A stretch of DNA of 63,724 nt, filler included, from Desulfonatronovibrionaceae bacterium (GTDB lineage Bacteria; Desulfobacterota; Desulfovibrionia; Desulfovibrionales; Desulfonatronovibrionaceae), in NCBI GenBank assembly GCA_046539845.1. It is 4 parts of 4 records of this genome, joined end to end, with 100 filler letters (N's around TTAATTAATTAA, not from the genome) between each part and the next. Parts side by side here need not be neighbours in the genome. Positions count along the whole stretch, not along the records: positions 17,117 to 33,754 come from JBKHGE010000043.1; positions 33,855 to 50,465 come from JBKHGE010000044.1; 2 more parts are not named here. One strand, written 5' to 3'. Positions 31,728 through 39,629 of this stretch are shown piece by piece. The translations under genes were made by a program, and so were the position numbers. Each line of letters starts with the position of its first letter. The first letter of the stretch is position 1. The notes beneath the pieces are model-generated. The model was not told the DNA's origin. It did not search any database and was given only the letters and a program-made list of their open reading frames with translations.

Positions 31728-31771
31728 TCCGGTGTTTTGCTGAATGCTCTTTCGAATGATGAAGAAAGAGT

Positions 31772-31857
31772 ATTAGTGTAAATAAGCGTTATTAGCGGGC
31801 GAAAAAGAAGGGCAGGTCCGCGAATTGCGTGAATAAGCGCAAATAAAGAGGATCAGC
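31772..31857 (-). repeat. Dispersed palindromic (REP-like) repeat, copy 1
   Basis: Its reverse complement aligns over ~85 nt with 35436-35524. Confidence 0.75.
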
Positions 31858-31928
31858 GCCAAAGGTATCAGCCCCTTGGTAACCCTTGCGCTCTTTTCGT
31901 TTTGCCGCCCCCTCATTCTTTTGCATGC

Positions 31929-33257
31929 TTAAAACGGTCCGTCGTCGCTTTCTGCTGCCTGCAGGGTCTGCTCCAGCTCGGATTCAAAAAAGAACTGTTC
32001 TTCTCCGAATGCCGGCTTGAGGTGGTTGATCCAGGTGGCCGAGGGATCAAATTCTGCGAAAAACGGCCTGTGCACCCAGTCCGGATTGCGGCCTTGCAAA
32101 AAGCGCAGCTGATAGACTTTTTGCCCTTGGATTTCGGTTACGCCCAGGATTTGAATTTTGCCCGGATTTGTGGACATGACCGGCCCGCGCACGGTGCGGC
32201 ACAGGCCGCTTGTCTTCTGATATGCCTCACGAAAGATTTCCCAGGCCCTGACCAGGGGGATGTTGAAATAGTGTCCGGCTCCGGTATTGCGGGCAATGAA
32301 CATATAATAAGGTACGCAGCCGTGGTCCACCTGAATGTCCCACAAACGCTTCCAGGCCTCGGAGTCGTCGTTTATGTTCCGCAGGACAGGGGACTGTGTG
32401 CGTATCTCCGCCCCGGTGTCGTGCACCTTATGCAGAGCTCGGCGCACATGCTCGGAGGCGAATTCGTTGGGATGGACGAAATGGGCCATCACCGCCAGAT
32501 GCATCCCGGAGTCAGTTACCCGTTCCAAGAGTCGCAAAAGGTCCCCGGAGTCCTTGTCGGTCAGAAAGCGAAACGGCCAGTAGGCCAGAGACTTGGTCCC
32601 GATGCGGATGCGGCGCAGGTAGGGGAGCTTTGCTTTCAAAACCGGGTCGATTATCTCCGCCAGCCGGTTTGCGGACATGACCATGGGGTCGCCTCCGGTG
32701 AGCAGGAGGTCTGTAATTTGCGGGTTTTCGCGTAAGTATTCAATGAGCATATCCACTTCCCGGGCTGCGAAGTGCAGCTTGGACATGCCCACAAACTGGG
32801 GCCAGCGGAAGCAGAAGGTGCAGTAGGCGTGGCAGGTCTGCCCCTGGCGCGGGAAGTAAAGGGCGGTTTGGCGGTATTTATGTTGCACCCCAGTCAGGTA
32901 TTCCCCTCTAAAATGAGGCACATTGTATTCAAGCTGCCCGGCCGGATGCGGGTTCAGGCTCAGGCGGATGCGGTTAGCGGCCTTGTTTATGGCCTGTTCG
33001 TCAGCTCCACGCTGAACCAGTTCCGCTATTTCCTGGTAGTGTTCCGGTAAAAGCATCTCCTTTTGCGGAAAAGTGAGCACAAAAATGGGATCATTCGGGA
33101 CGCTGTCCCAATTGATCAAGTGATCTAGGACAAAGTTGTTTACTTTAAAGGGCAACACCCGGGCCACGATCTCGATATCCCGTTTAACTTCCTCGTTTAG
33201 TCTCTCCAGCTGCGGAATTTTTCGAAAGTTTTTTACTGTATAGGACTTGTATTGCAT
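31929..33257 (-). CDS. KamA-family radical SAM protein (lysine 2,3-aminomutase-like)
   Basis: QHKY, CHAYCTFCFR, LLTGGDP, RTQSP and GPVMST.PGK. Confidence 0.9.
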   Translation of the reverse strand: MQYKSYTVKNFRKIPQLERLNEEVKRDIEIVARVLPFKVNNFVLDHLINWDSVPNDPIFVLTFPQKEMLLPEHYQEIAELVQRGADEQAINKAANRIRLSLNPHPAGQLEYNVPHFRGEYLTGVQHKYRQTALYFPRQGQTCHAYCTFCFRWPQFVGMSKLHFAAREVDMLIEYLRENPQITDLLLTGGDPMVMSANRLAEIIDPVLKAKLPYLRRIRIGTKSLAYWPFRFLTDKDSGDLLRLLERVTDSGMHLAVMAHFVHPNEFASEHVRRALHKVHDTGAEIRTQSPVLRNINDDSEAWKRLWDIQVDHGCVPYYMFIARNTGAGHYFNIPLVRAWEIFREAYQKTSGLCRTVRGPVMSTNPGKIQILGVTEIQGQKVYQLRFLQGRNPDWVHRPFFAEFDPSATWINHLKPAFGEEQFFFESELEQTLQAAESDDGPF

Positions 33258-33740
33258 AGATTTGCTCTCCTTACATAGGCCCTGTGATTTCTTAGCCGGC
33301 AAAAGAGAACTTGTTGCTCTCTGTCTGCTCCGGTACCTGCCCAGATGCGCTTTTTTGCCGGGTAGAAGTTTGGGTACGCGTTCAGGGCTGTAAACCTGTT
33401 TGTCTATTTTTTCGAGACTAAGGTGTGCATATATATGGATTGTATAAAAATATTACTCGTAAAAAAAACAACTGTCAACCAAGAAAATCCAGGTCTATTT
33501 CCCGGACAGGTGGTCGAGGGAGGTAGGTGTGTCAATGGAGTCAAAAATGCCTGAAAAAGAGTTTCAGTCCAGGATAAAGAAACTCCCTATGTCCGAAAAA
33601 TATAGGGGAAAGTTGCGGACAAATTCGAGCCGGCAGGGCAGATCAAATTAAGAGGCAGTTATTTCACTTACCAGGATATCTATGTGGGATTTTGAGGAGA
33701 AAGGATTGCTTGTCTGCAAGCCATCGAAATAAAAAAAAAT

Positions 33741-33754
33741 TGGTGGAGGCGGCG
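33741..33754 (-). ncRNA. ssrA: 3' end of tmRNA (or tRNA-Ala), cut by the gap
   Basis: rc CGCCGCCTCCACCA gives an alanine-type acceptor 3' strand with CCA; only 14 nt are visible. Confidence 0.55.
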
Positions 33755-33854
33755 NNNNNNNNNNNNNNNNNNNNNNNNNNNNNNNNNNNNNNNNNNNNTT
33801 AATTAATTAANNNNNNNNNNNNNNNNNNNNNNNNNNNNNNNNNNNNNNNNNNNN
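33755..33854. other. Assembly gap with artificial linker
   Basis: N run containing TTAATTAATTAA. Confidence 0.99.
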
Positions 33855-33894
33855 CAAGAAAGAAAAGGCTGTTTGGGGACTGGGGGGTATGTTT

Positions 33895-33937
33895 TTAAGT
33901 GATTAAGTGGTTAAGTGGTTAAGTGGTTAAGTGGTTA
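33895..33937. repeat. 8-bp tandem repeat (TTAAGTGR)x5
   Basis: TTAAGTGA followed by four TTAAGTGG units and TTA. Confidence 0.9.
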
Positions 33938-34151
33938 GGGGCGGGAATTGAGAACAAATGATTTTTAACCGGCCGGGCCTAAAAAAAACTCTTTGGCGCG
34001 GGTGCCGCTCACGCGGCACACACGGGCGGCCCTGGCGGGCCGCGCGCGGTGAAGAAGGCAGGTAAAACAAGGCGCCTTGTTTTACTGCTTTATGCACCCT
34101 GCCTACGCAGGGGGAAGAACAGTATAAAAACTAGCCACAGAATGAGGCTGT

Positions 34152-34272
34152 TTTTTATTCGCGTCCATTCGCGTTACTCGTGGGCCTAGCTTATCTTTTT
34201 TTGCCCGCGAATAACGCGAATTTACGCGAATATTTCTTTTTCATCAGCGAAGATCTGCGAAATCTGCGGATA
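34152..34272 (+). repeat. Dispersed palindromic (REP-like) repeat, copy 2, plus related ATCTGCG repeats
   Basis: ATTCGCG units facing CGCGAAT units with 9-nt period, followed by ATCAGCG/ATCTGCG/ATCTGCGG. Confidence 0.7.
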
Positions 34273-34282
34273 CAAGCTCTTT

Positions 34283-34472
34283 CCTGCCGGGTGGACGCAA
34301 GTACCCGTGTGGAGTAGGAGGCTCCCCGGGCCAAGAAACTCTTCTGGCTGAGATATCTCCAGACAATAGATTCGAAGGGCTAACAACCGAGCGGGATTTT
34401 GAGGGCGGGTGTAGAGGACGCACTCTGTCCCTCCTGGGGGCACATGGCCCCGGCGTTCAAATTTGAACACAC
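34283..34472 (-). ncRNA. Candidate structured ncRNA, possibly an orphan IS110-type non-coding end
   Basis: Closing stem CCGGGGCCA/TGGCCCGGGG with internal hairpins; TTGACA upstream at 34506-34501; no convincing ORF. Confidence 0.4.
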
Positions 34473-34570
34473 TTCAATACTTAGGCCCCAACTTTGCTAG
34501 TGTCAAGGCGAGTTACCGCATTTGCGGACCGAATAATCCGGAAATATCCGGGTTAAAACATTGCCTTACA

Positions 34571-34602
34571 ACAAAGCCCGACTCTGAAGAGCCGGGCTTT
34601 GT
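34571..34602 (-). terminator. Terminator-like hairpin after the comEA-like gene
   Basis: ACAAAGCCCGACTC...GAGCCGGGCTTTGT. Confidence 0.7.
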
Positions 34603-34633
34603 GCCGCTTATAGTTCTAACTAAGCCGAAATGA

Positions 34634-34912
34634 TCACTTCGCCGTTATATCATCCTTAATCTGGGCGTAAGTCCCCGGGCCAATGCCCTTGACCTCCATG
34701 ATCTCGTCTTTGCTTTGAAACCGATGGTCCTGCCTGTAGTCCACTATCCGCTCGGCTTTGACCTCTCCTATCCCCTGCAGATCCTGCAGCTTGGACTCGG
34801 AAGCGGTGTTAATGTTTATTTTGTCCGCGCCCAAACCGATACCAGCCGTACCCAGGACAAACACAAGGGCCATGCAAAAAACAACCGTCCGAAACAAAAA
34901 GGATTTTTTCAT
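34634..34912 (-). CDS. ComEA-family helix-hairpin-helix DNA-binding protein
   Basis: Signal peptide, KININTA, LQGIGEVKA and VKGIGPGT. Confidence 0.92.
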   Translation of the reverse strand: MKKSFLFRTVVFCMALVFVLGTAGIGLGADKININTASESKLQDLQGIGEVKAERIVDYRQDHRFQSKDEIMEVKGIGPGTYAQIKDDITAK

Positions 34913-34925
34913 AAGAAAACCTCCT

Positions 34926-35051
34926 TCATGGATTCCGGTCCATCCGGATCAAGCGGATATACCAGACAAAAAAAGACTGCCGCCACACACAGCCGGGATT
35001 GGAAACACCTTTGAAAAAATCAATCAAGACCGAGGTATCAACAAGGATCAT
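34926..35051 (-). pseudogene. Truncated VapC (PIN) toxin
   Basis: MILVDTSVLIDFFKG PIN N-terminus, then loss of similarity and a stop after 41 aa. Confidence 0.75.
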
Positions 35052-35059
35052 TGGTCTTC

Positions 35060-35248
35060 TCAAAGACTTTTATAGTCATAGTCTTCAGAAAACTCAATTT
35101 TTCCAGTAAGTTCGATCAAATTGCGCCGCTTTCGCGTAGCCACGAATTCCTGTAAAGCCTGCGCTATCAGCTCTTTCTTGGTCCTGGCGCAGCTAAGCTT
35201 CATTGCCTCGCGCACTAGGAGATCATCCAAGTCAACATTCGTTCGCAT
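35060..35248 (-). CDS. VapB-family antitoxin
   Basis: MRTNVDLDD.L..EA...TKKELI..ALQEF; RBS GAGGTG. Confidence 0.85.
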   Translation of the reverse strand: MRTNVDLDDLLVREAMKLSCARTKKELIAQALQEFVATRKRRNLIELTGKIEFSEDYDYKSL

Positions 35249-35435
35249 AATACACCTCATATTGTGTATATCTATTCACCAAAAAACAGGACCGGTCAAT
35301 ACAGGCTCAATTAGCTAAGTGATGAGTACTGAGCTTGTGAGTCCGTCTATGCTCCTGGACATCTCCTGGGCCAAGGAACTGATTTCATGAAAAGCGGGAA
35401 ACCTTGTCCACGATATCTAAAAAAATATTTTCGGG

Positions 35436-35524
35436 GCTGATCCTCTTCATTCCCGCTTATTCGCGCAATTCACGGGCCTGATCTTCTTCTTTTCAGCCGC
35501 TAATAACGCGAATTTTCGCCAATT
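35436..35524 (+). repeat. Dispersed palindromic (REP-like) repeat, copy 3
   Basis: Aligns with rc of 31772-31857 and with 34152-34232. Confidence 0.75.
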
Positions 35525-35593
35525 AAGACCCTCTCTAGATGGCGCACCGGCCGAGGTCTTGCATTCACCGGGCACCGCAGGTAAATTCCGGCC

Positions 35594-36103
35594 ATGTCCA
35601 AAAACGCCGACTATTGGATAAAAGAGCTTGGCCTTGCCCCCCATCCGGAAGGGGGGTATTTTAAGCGCATGTTCTGCTCGCCGGAGAGCTTCGGCCGGCC
35701 GCCCGCCCCCAGATTCGACGGGGACAGGCCATTTTACTCCGCCATATACTATCTGCTGCGCTCCGGGCAGTTCTCTGCGGTGCACCGCCTGAAAAACGAC
35801 GAGATATGGAACTACTGCAGCGGAAACCCGGTGCGGATATTTAGCCTGGATCAAAACCGGGGGCTATGCAAACAGGATATAGGGCCCGATCCCGGGGCCG
35901 GACAGACATTTATGCTCCGGGTCCCGGCCAGGGCATGGTTCTGGGGCCTGCCGCTAGACGGGAATGCGGACTTCAGCCTGGTAACCTGTTTTGTCTCCCC
36001 GGCCTTTGACTATCAGGACTTTGAACTGGGCGGGAAAAAAAAGCTCATGTCCAGATTTCCGGAACACGCGGACCAGCTCGCCAAATACTGCATCCGGCCC
36101 TGA
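35594..36103 (+). CDS. Cupin (DUF985 type)
   Basis: LAPHPEGGYF, SAIYYLL, HRLKNDEIW and VSPAFDYQDF. Confidence 0.9.
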   Translation: MSKNADYWIKELGLAPHPEGGYFKRMFCSPESFGRPPAPRFDGDRPFYSAIYYLLRSGQFSAVHRLKNDEIWNYCSGNPVRIFSLDQNRGLCKQDIGPDPGAGQTFMLRVPARAWFWGLPLDGNADFSLVTCFVSPAFDYQDFELGGKKKLMSRFPEHADQLAKYCIRP

Positions 36104-36141
36104 CTGTTTTCCCCCTGTCCGGGCTCCGGACATGCCCGGGA

Positions 36142-36633
36142 TCACAGATCCAGGCGCATAATCCAGGCGTCCTCGCCGCTGTCCAGATAATAGTTTTCCC
36201 GCACCCCGGATCTTGCAAAACCAAGTTTGGTATACAGGGCAATGGCCGGCCGGTTGGACTCCCTGACCTCCAAAAACACGCTGCCCCCGGAGCTGGTCTC
36301 TCTGAAAACCCCTACCGCCCGCAAGAGAAGGGAGGTGCCCAGCCCTTGCCTGCGGTATCCCTCCCGGACCGCCAGATTGAGCACCTCCAGCTCCCCGGGC
36401 ATATTAAAGCAGGTGATAAACCCGACCAAGCGCCCCCGGTCCAAAACGCCCAGCGCCAAAGAGGTCTGCTGCAGGAAAAAAGCGGTATATTCTCTCTCCC
36501 CCCAGGGAAGTAAAAAAATCTCCCGCTCTATTTCCACCAGCTCACCCAGCCGGCGGTTGTCCAGACTGCAGACCCGTAGCCGGGCTGCGGTCCTGACCCC
36601 CAGGGACCATGCATTAACCCCGTATTCTTGCAT
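36142..36633 (-). CDS. rimI: Ribosomal-protein alanine N-acetyltransferase
   Basis: NLAV, RRQGLG, LEVRESN..AIALY and RENYY...EDA. Confidence 0.88.
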   Translation of the reverse strand: MQEYGVNAWSLGVRTAARLRVCSLDNRRLGELVEIEREIFLLPWGEREYTAFFLQQTSLALGVLDRGRLVGFITCFNMPGELEVLNLAVREGYRRQGLGTSLLLRAVGVFRETSSGGSVFLEVRESNRPAIALYTKLGFARSGVRENYYLDSGEDAWIMRLDL

Positions 36634-36735
36634 CCAAGTCTCCCTTCAAGACCGGGTATATCTAAAAATCGTCCCCGGCAACACCTGTTTCAATCTTAAA
36701 CAAGGACACAATTTTTTTAACCTCCAAGCCCAGTC

Positions 36736-36753
36736 TTGACATTTCTTTCACAA
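36736..36753 (+). promoter_or_regulatory. Possible -35 box overlapping a Rex-like operator
   Basis: TTGACATTTCTTTCACAA vs Rex consensus TTGTGAA-N4-TTCACAA (right half perfect). Confidence 0.35.
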
Positions 36754-36834
36754 GCCAATAGTGGTGCAAATTGTTTGTTACAAAAAGCAACCTCAAGTTA
36801 CAAAAGAGAACTCAAAAAGCAAAGGACGGTTACC

Positions 36835-37800
36835 ATGAAGAAAAGACTTTTTGGACAGGCCCTGGCCGGAGCTGGAGTGGCTGTCCTTTCCTCTCCTGTG
36901 GCGGTCATGGCCGCTGAGGAAGCAGCAGCCGGGGCTGTCAAGCCGTGGTGGTTCTGGCCGCTCATCCTGCTGGTGTTCTGCTTCATTTTAGGCGTGGTCG
37001 CTGTGCTGGCCGGAGTCGGGGGCGGTGTGCTCTATGTCCCGCTGGTCAGCGGCTTTTTCCCCTTTCATATCGACTTTGTCCGCGGGGCCGGACTTATGGT
37101 TGCCCTGGCCGGGGCGCTGGCTGCCGGGCCGGGACTCTTGCGACAAAATCTGGCCAGTCTTCGCTTGGCTCTACCCGTGGCCTTAGTCGCCTCCACCTTT
37201 TCTATCGCCGGCGCCCTGCTCGGACTGTATCTGTCCGGGCTGGATCCGAGAATTGTCCAGGTCTGCCTGGGGGCGACAATTATCGGCATAGCCGCCCTGC
37301 TTTTGTTCTCCAAAAATTCAGAAATGCCGGTGGTGACCAAGCAGGACGCCTTGGGCCTGGCCCTGGGTATCCGCGGGGCCTTCAAGGACCAGAGCACCAA
37401 TTCCATCGTGGAGTGGAAGACCCATCGGACTATCCTTGGACTTTTTCTGTTCGTGTTCATCGGGCTTTTGGCCGGCATGTTCGGCCTGGGCGCCGGCTGG
37501 GCAAATATCCCGGTTTTAAACCTGGTCATGGGCGCACCGCTCAAGGTCTCAGTCGGGACCAGCAAATTCCTTCTGTCCATAACCGACACCTCTGCGGCCT
37601 GGGTCTACCTGAACAAGGGATGCATCATCCCGCTTATGGCCATCCCCTCGATCATTGGGCTCATGCTCGGGTCCCTGGTCGGGGTCAAGCTTTTGGCCAA
37701 GACCAAGCCCAAAGTGGTCCGAATCATAGTCATCGCGGTTCTGCTTTTCGCCGGGCTCAAGGCCATGGACAAAGGCCTGGGAATAGGAATTTTGGGTTAA
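36835..37800 (+). CDS. TauE/SafE-family permease
   Basis: GVGGGVLYVP and GMFGLGAGWANIP; multi-TM. Confidence 0.88.
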   Translation: MKKRLFGQALAGAGVAVLSSPVAVMAAEEAAAGAVKPWWFWPLILLVFCFILGVVAVLAGVGGGVLYVPLVSGFFPFHIDFVRGAGLMVALAGALAAGPGLLRQNLASLRLALPVALVASTFSIAGALLGLYLSGLDPRIVQVCLGATIIGIAALLLFSKNSEMPVVTKQDALGLALGIRGAFKDQSTNSIVEWKTHRTILGLFLFVFIGLLAGMFGLGAGWANIPVLNLVMGAPLKVSVGTSKFLLSITDTSAAWVYLNKGCIIPLMAIPSIIGLMLGSLVGVKLLAKTKPKVVRIIVIAVLLFAGLKAMDKGLGIGILG

Positions 37801-37821
37801 ACCCTCAGGAGGTATGAAATA

Positions 37822-38256
37822 ATGACTACACACAACAACGAAAGCGACAAGGCCACCCCGCTCAAAGAGCAGCTTTTATATGCCGATGTCTTGTCCATAG
37901 GCATGTGGAGTGGGATCGCAATAATGACCATCACCTACATCCTGTATGTAACCGGGATCATCCAGCCGCACGTGGACATGAGCCTGGTGGTGGCCAATTG
38001 GGACAAGGGAGTAAACGAATACATGCGCATAACCAACTCCCCGGACGGCTGGTCCTGGGTGGCCCTGCTGGGTACGGGGGACTTCCTCAATTTCATAGGC
38101 ATGGCCCTGTTGGCGGTTTTGACCATTGTCTGCTTTCTCATCCTGCTCAAGGGCTATGTGGTCCGCAAGAACTATACCTTTGCCACCATCTGCGCCGTGG
38201 AGGTCCTGGTCCTTGCCCTTGCCGCCTCCGGCATCTTCGGCTCCGGGGGACACTAG
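37822..38256 (+). CDS. DUF1634-like membrane protein
   Basis: EQLLYA, GWSW...GDFLNF; usual TauE partner. Confidence 0.75.
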   Translation: MTTHNNESDKATPLKEQLLYADVLSIGMWSGIAIMTITYILYVTGIIQPHVDMSLVVANWDKGVNEYMRITNSPDGWSWVALLGTGDFLNFIGMALLAVLTIVCFLILLKGYVVRKNYTFATICAVEVLVLALAASGIFGSGGH

Positions 38257-38278
38257 CCAGCGGAGGGAAAAAAGCACC

Positions 38279-38315
38279 AAAAAGCCCCTGCTCGCATTGA
38301 GCAGGGGCTTTTTTT
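38279..38315. terminator. Bidirectional Rho-independent terminator
   Basis: AAAAAGCCCCTGCTC...GAGCAGGGGCTTTTTTT between convergent genes. Confidence 0.9.
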
Positions 38316-38344
38316 AACGCGGATATCGCGCCGAGCAGGGATGT

Positions 38345-39616
38345 CTAATCCCCGCCGGCCAAAAGTTTGACCGCGCAGAATTCCCCGCACATGGCGCATT
38401 CCTTTCTGCCGGCGAATTCCCGGCGTCTCTTTTCCACCCGGGACGGGTCCAGGGCCAGGGAGGTCATCTCTTCCCAGTCCAGGTCGCGCCTGGCCCTGGA
38501 CATGGCTGTGTTGCGCCGCACCGCCGGAGCCCGGCCCAGGGCCAGCTCCGCGCTGTGCGCGGCTGCCAGGGAGGCCATCACCCCCTCGCGGACATCATCT
38601 GCGTCCGGCAGGGTCAGGTGCTCGGCCGGGGTGAGGTAGCACAAAAAATCCGCTCCGTTCATACCCGCCACCGCCCCGCCCACTGCCCCGGCTATATGAT
38701 CGTAACCCGGGGCTATATCCGAGGTCAGCGGTCCCAATACGTACAAGGGGGCATGGCCGCACAGGGTCTTTATCCCTCGGATCTGGGCCGGGACCTGATC
38801 GAGGCGGACATGACCCGGACCTTCGATCATCACCTGCACTCCACGGCTGCGGGCGCAGGCGGCCAGTTCAGCCAAGACCACCACTTCCTCCCACTGGGCC
38901 GGATCTCCGGCGTCATCAACGGCCCCGGGACGCATCCCGTCTCCCAGGCTCAAGGTCACGTTGTGCCGGGCGGCGATATCCAGCAGGCGGTCAAAATCGC
39001 TGTACAGGGGATTCTCCCTGCCGTTTTCCTCCATCCAGCGGACAAGCAGGGAGCCGCCGCGGGAAACAACGCCCATGATCCGGTTGGAACTTGCGGCCAG
39101 CTTTGCAGTTCGCCTGGTCACCCCGCAGTGCACGGTCATAAAATCCACACCCTGCTCGGCCTGCTTGTCTATCTCCGCCCACAGCTCCTCCGGATCCATG
39201 CCCGCCGGGCTCAACCCCCGGCCGATATACCTCTGGGCCGCGGCGTAAATGGGCACGGTCCCCAAGGGGACGTCTATCTCCCGAAGCATGCGCGTCCGGA
39301 TGCGATCCAGATCACCGGCTGTTGAAAGATCCATTATGGTGTGTCCGCCCGCAGCGACAGCAATACGAGCCTTTTCCAGCTCCAGATCAGGATCATTTAC
39401 AAACGGCGAGGTCCCGATATTGGCGTTGACCTTGATACTGCTCGGCTGGCCCACGAGCGTAGGCCTGACCCCTTTGTGTCCGGGATTGACCAAAAGGACC
39501 ATGGAACCTTGCTCCAGATCCTCACGGATATCCTCTTCTTCCAGGCCTTCGCCCCGGGCCAGGCGAAAGGCTTCAGCCGTCCAGACATCAGAAAGCAGTC
39601 TATTTTTGCTTAACAC
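38345..39616 (-). CDS. thiC: Phosphomethylpyrimidine synthase
   Basis: KVNANIGTS, MDLST, SRGGS, EGPGH, PAEHL and CAMCGEFC; GTG start after AGGAG. Confidence 0.9.
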   Translation of the reverse strand: MLSKNRLLSDVWTAEAFRLARGEGLEEEDIREDLEQGSMVLLVNPGHKGVRPTLVGQPSSIKVNANIGTSPFVNDPDLELEKARIAVAAGGHTIMDLSTAGDLDRIRTRMLREIDVPLGTVPIYAAAQRYIGRGLSPAGMDPEELWAEIDKQAEQGVDFMTVHCGVTRRTAKLAASSNRIMGVVSRGGSLLVRWMEENGRENPLYSDFDRLLDIAARHNVTLSLGDGMRPGAVDDAGDPAQWEEVVVLAELAACARSRGVQVMIEGPGHVRLDQVPAQIRGIKTLCGHAPLYVLGPLTSDIAPGYDHIAGAVGGAVAGMNGADFLCYLTPAEHLTLPDADDVREGVMASLAAAHSAELALGRAPAVRRNTAMSRARRDLDWEEMTSLALDPSRVEKRRREFAGRKECAMCGEFCAVKLLAGGD

Positions 39617-39629
39617 GCAAGTCTCCTGT

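Noticed and set aside
33895..34272. CRISPR array
   Set aside because: Repeat units are 8-9 nt without unique spacers, and no cas genes are present.
34283..34472. 6S RNA, SRP RNA, RNase P RNA or tRNA-Sec
   Set aside because: Signature motifs were not found (no GGAAGGAAGCAG, no GAGGAAAGTCC, no cloverleaf), and the zapA context typical of 6S is absent.
35060..35062. TGA at the end of vapB as a possible Sec codon
   Set aside because: No Cys context or downstream hairpin; it looks like an ordinary or slightly premature stop.
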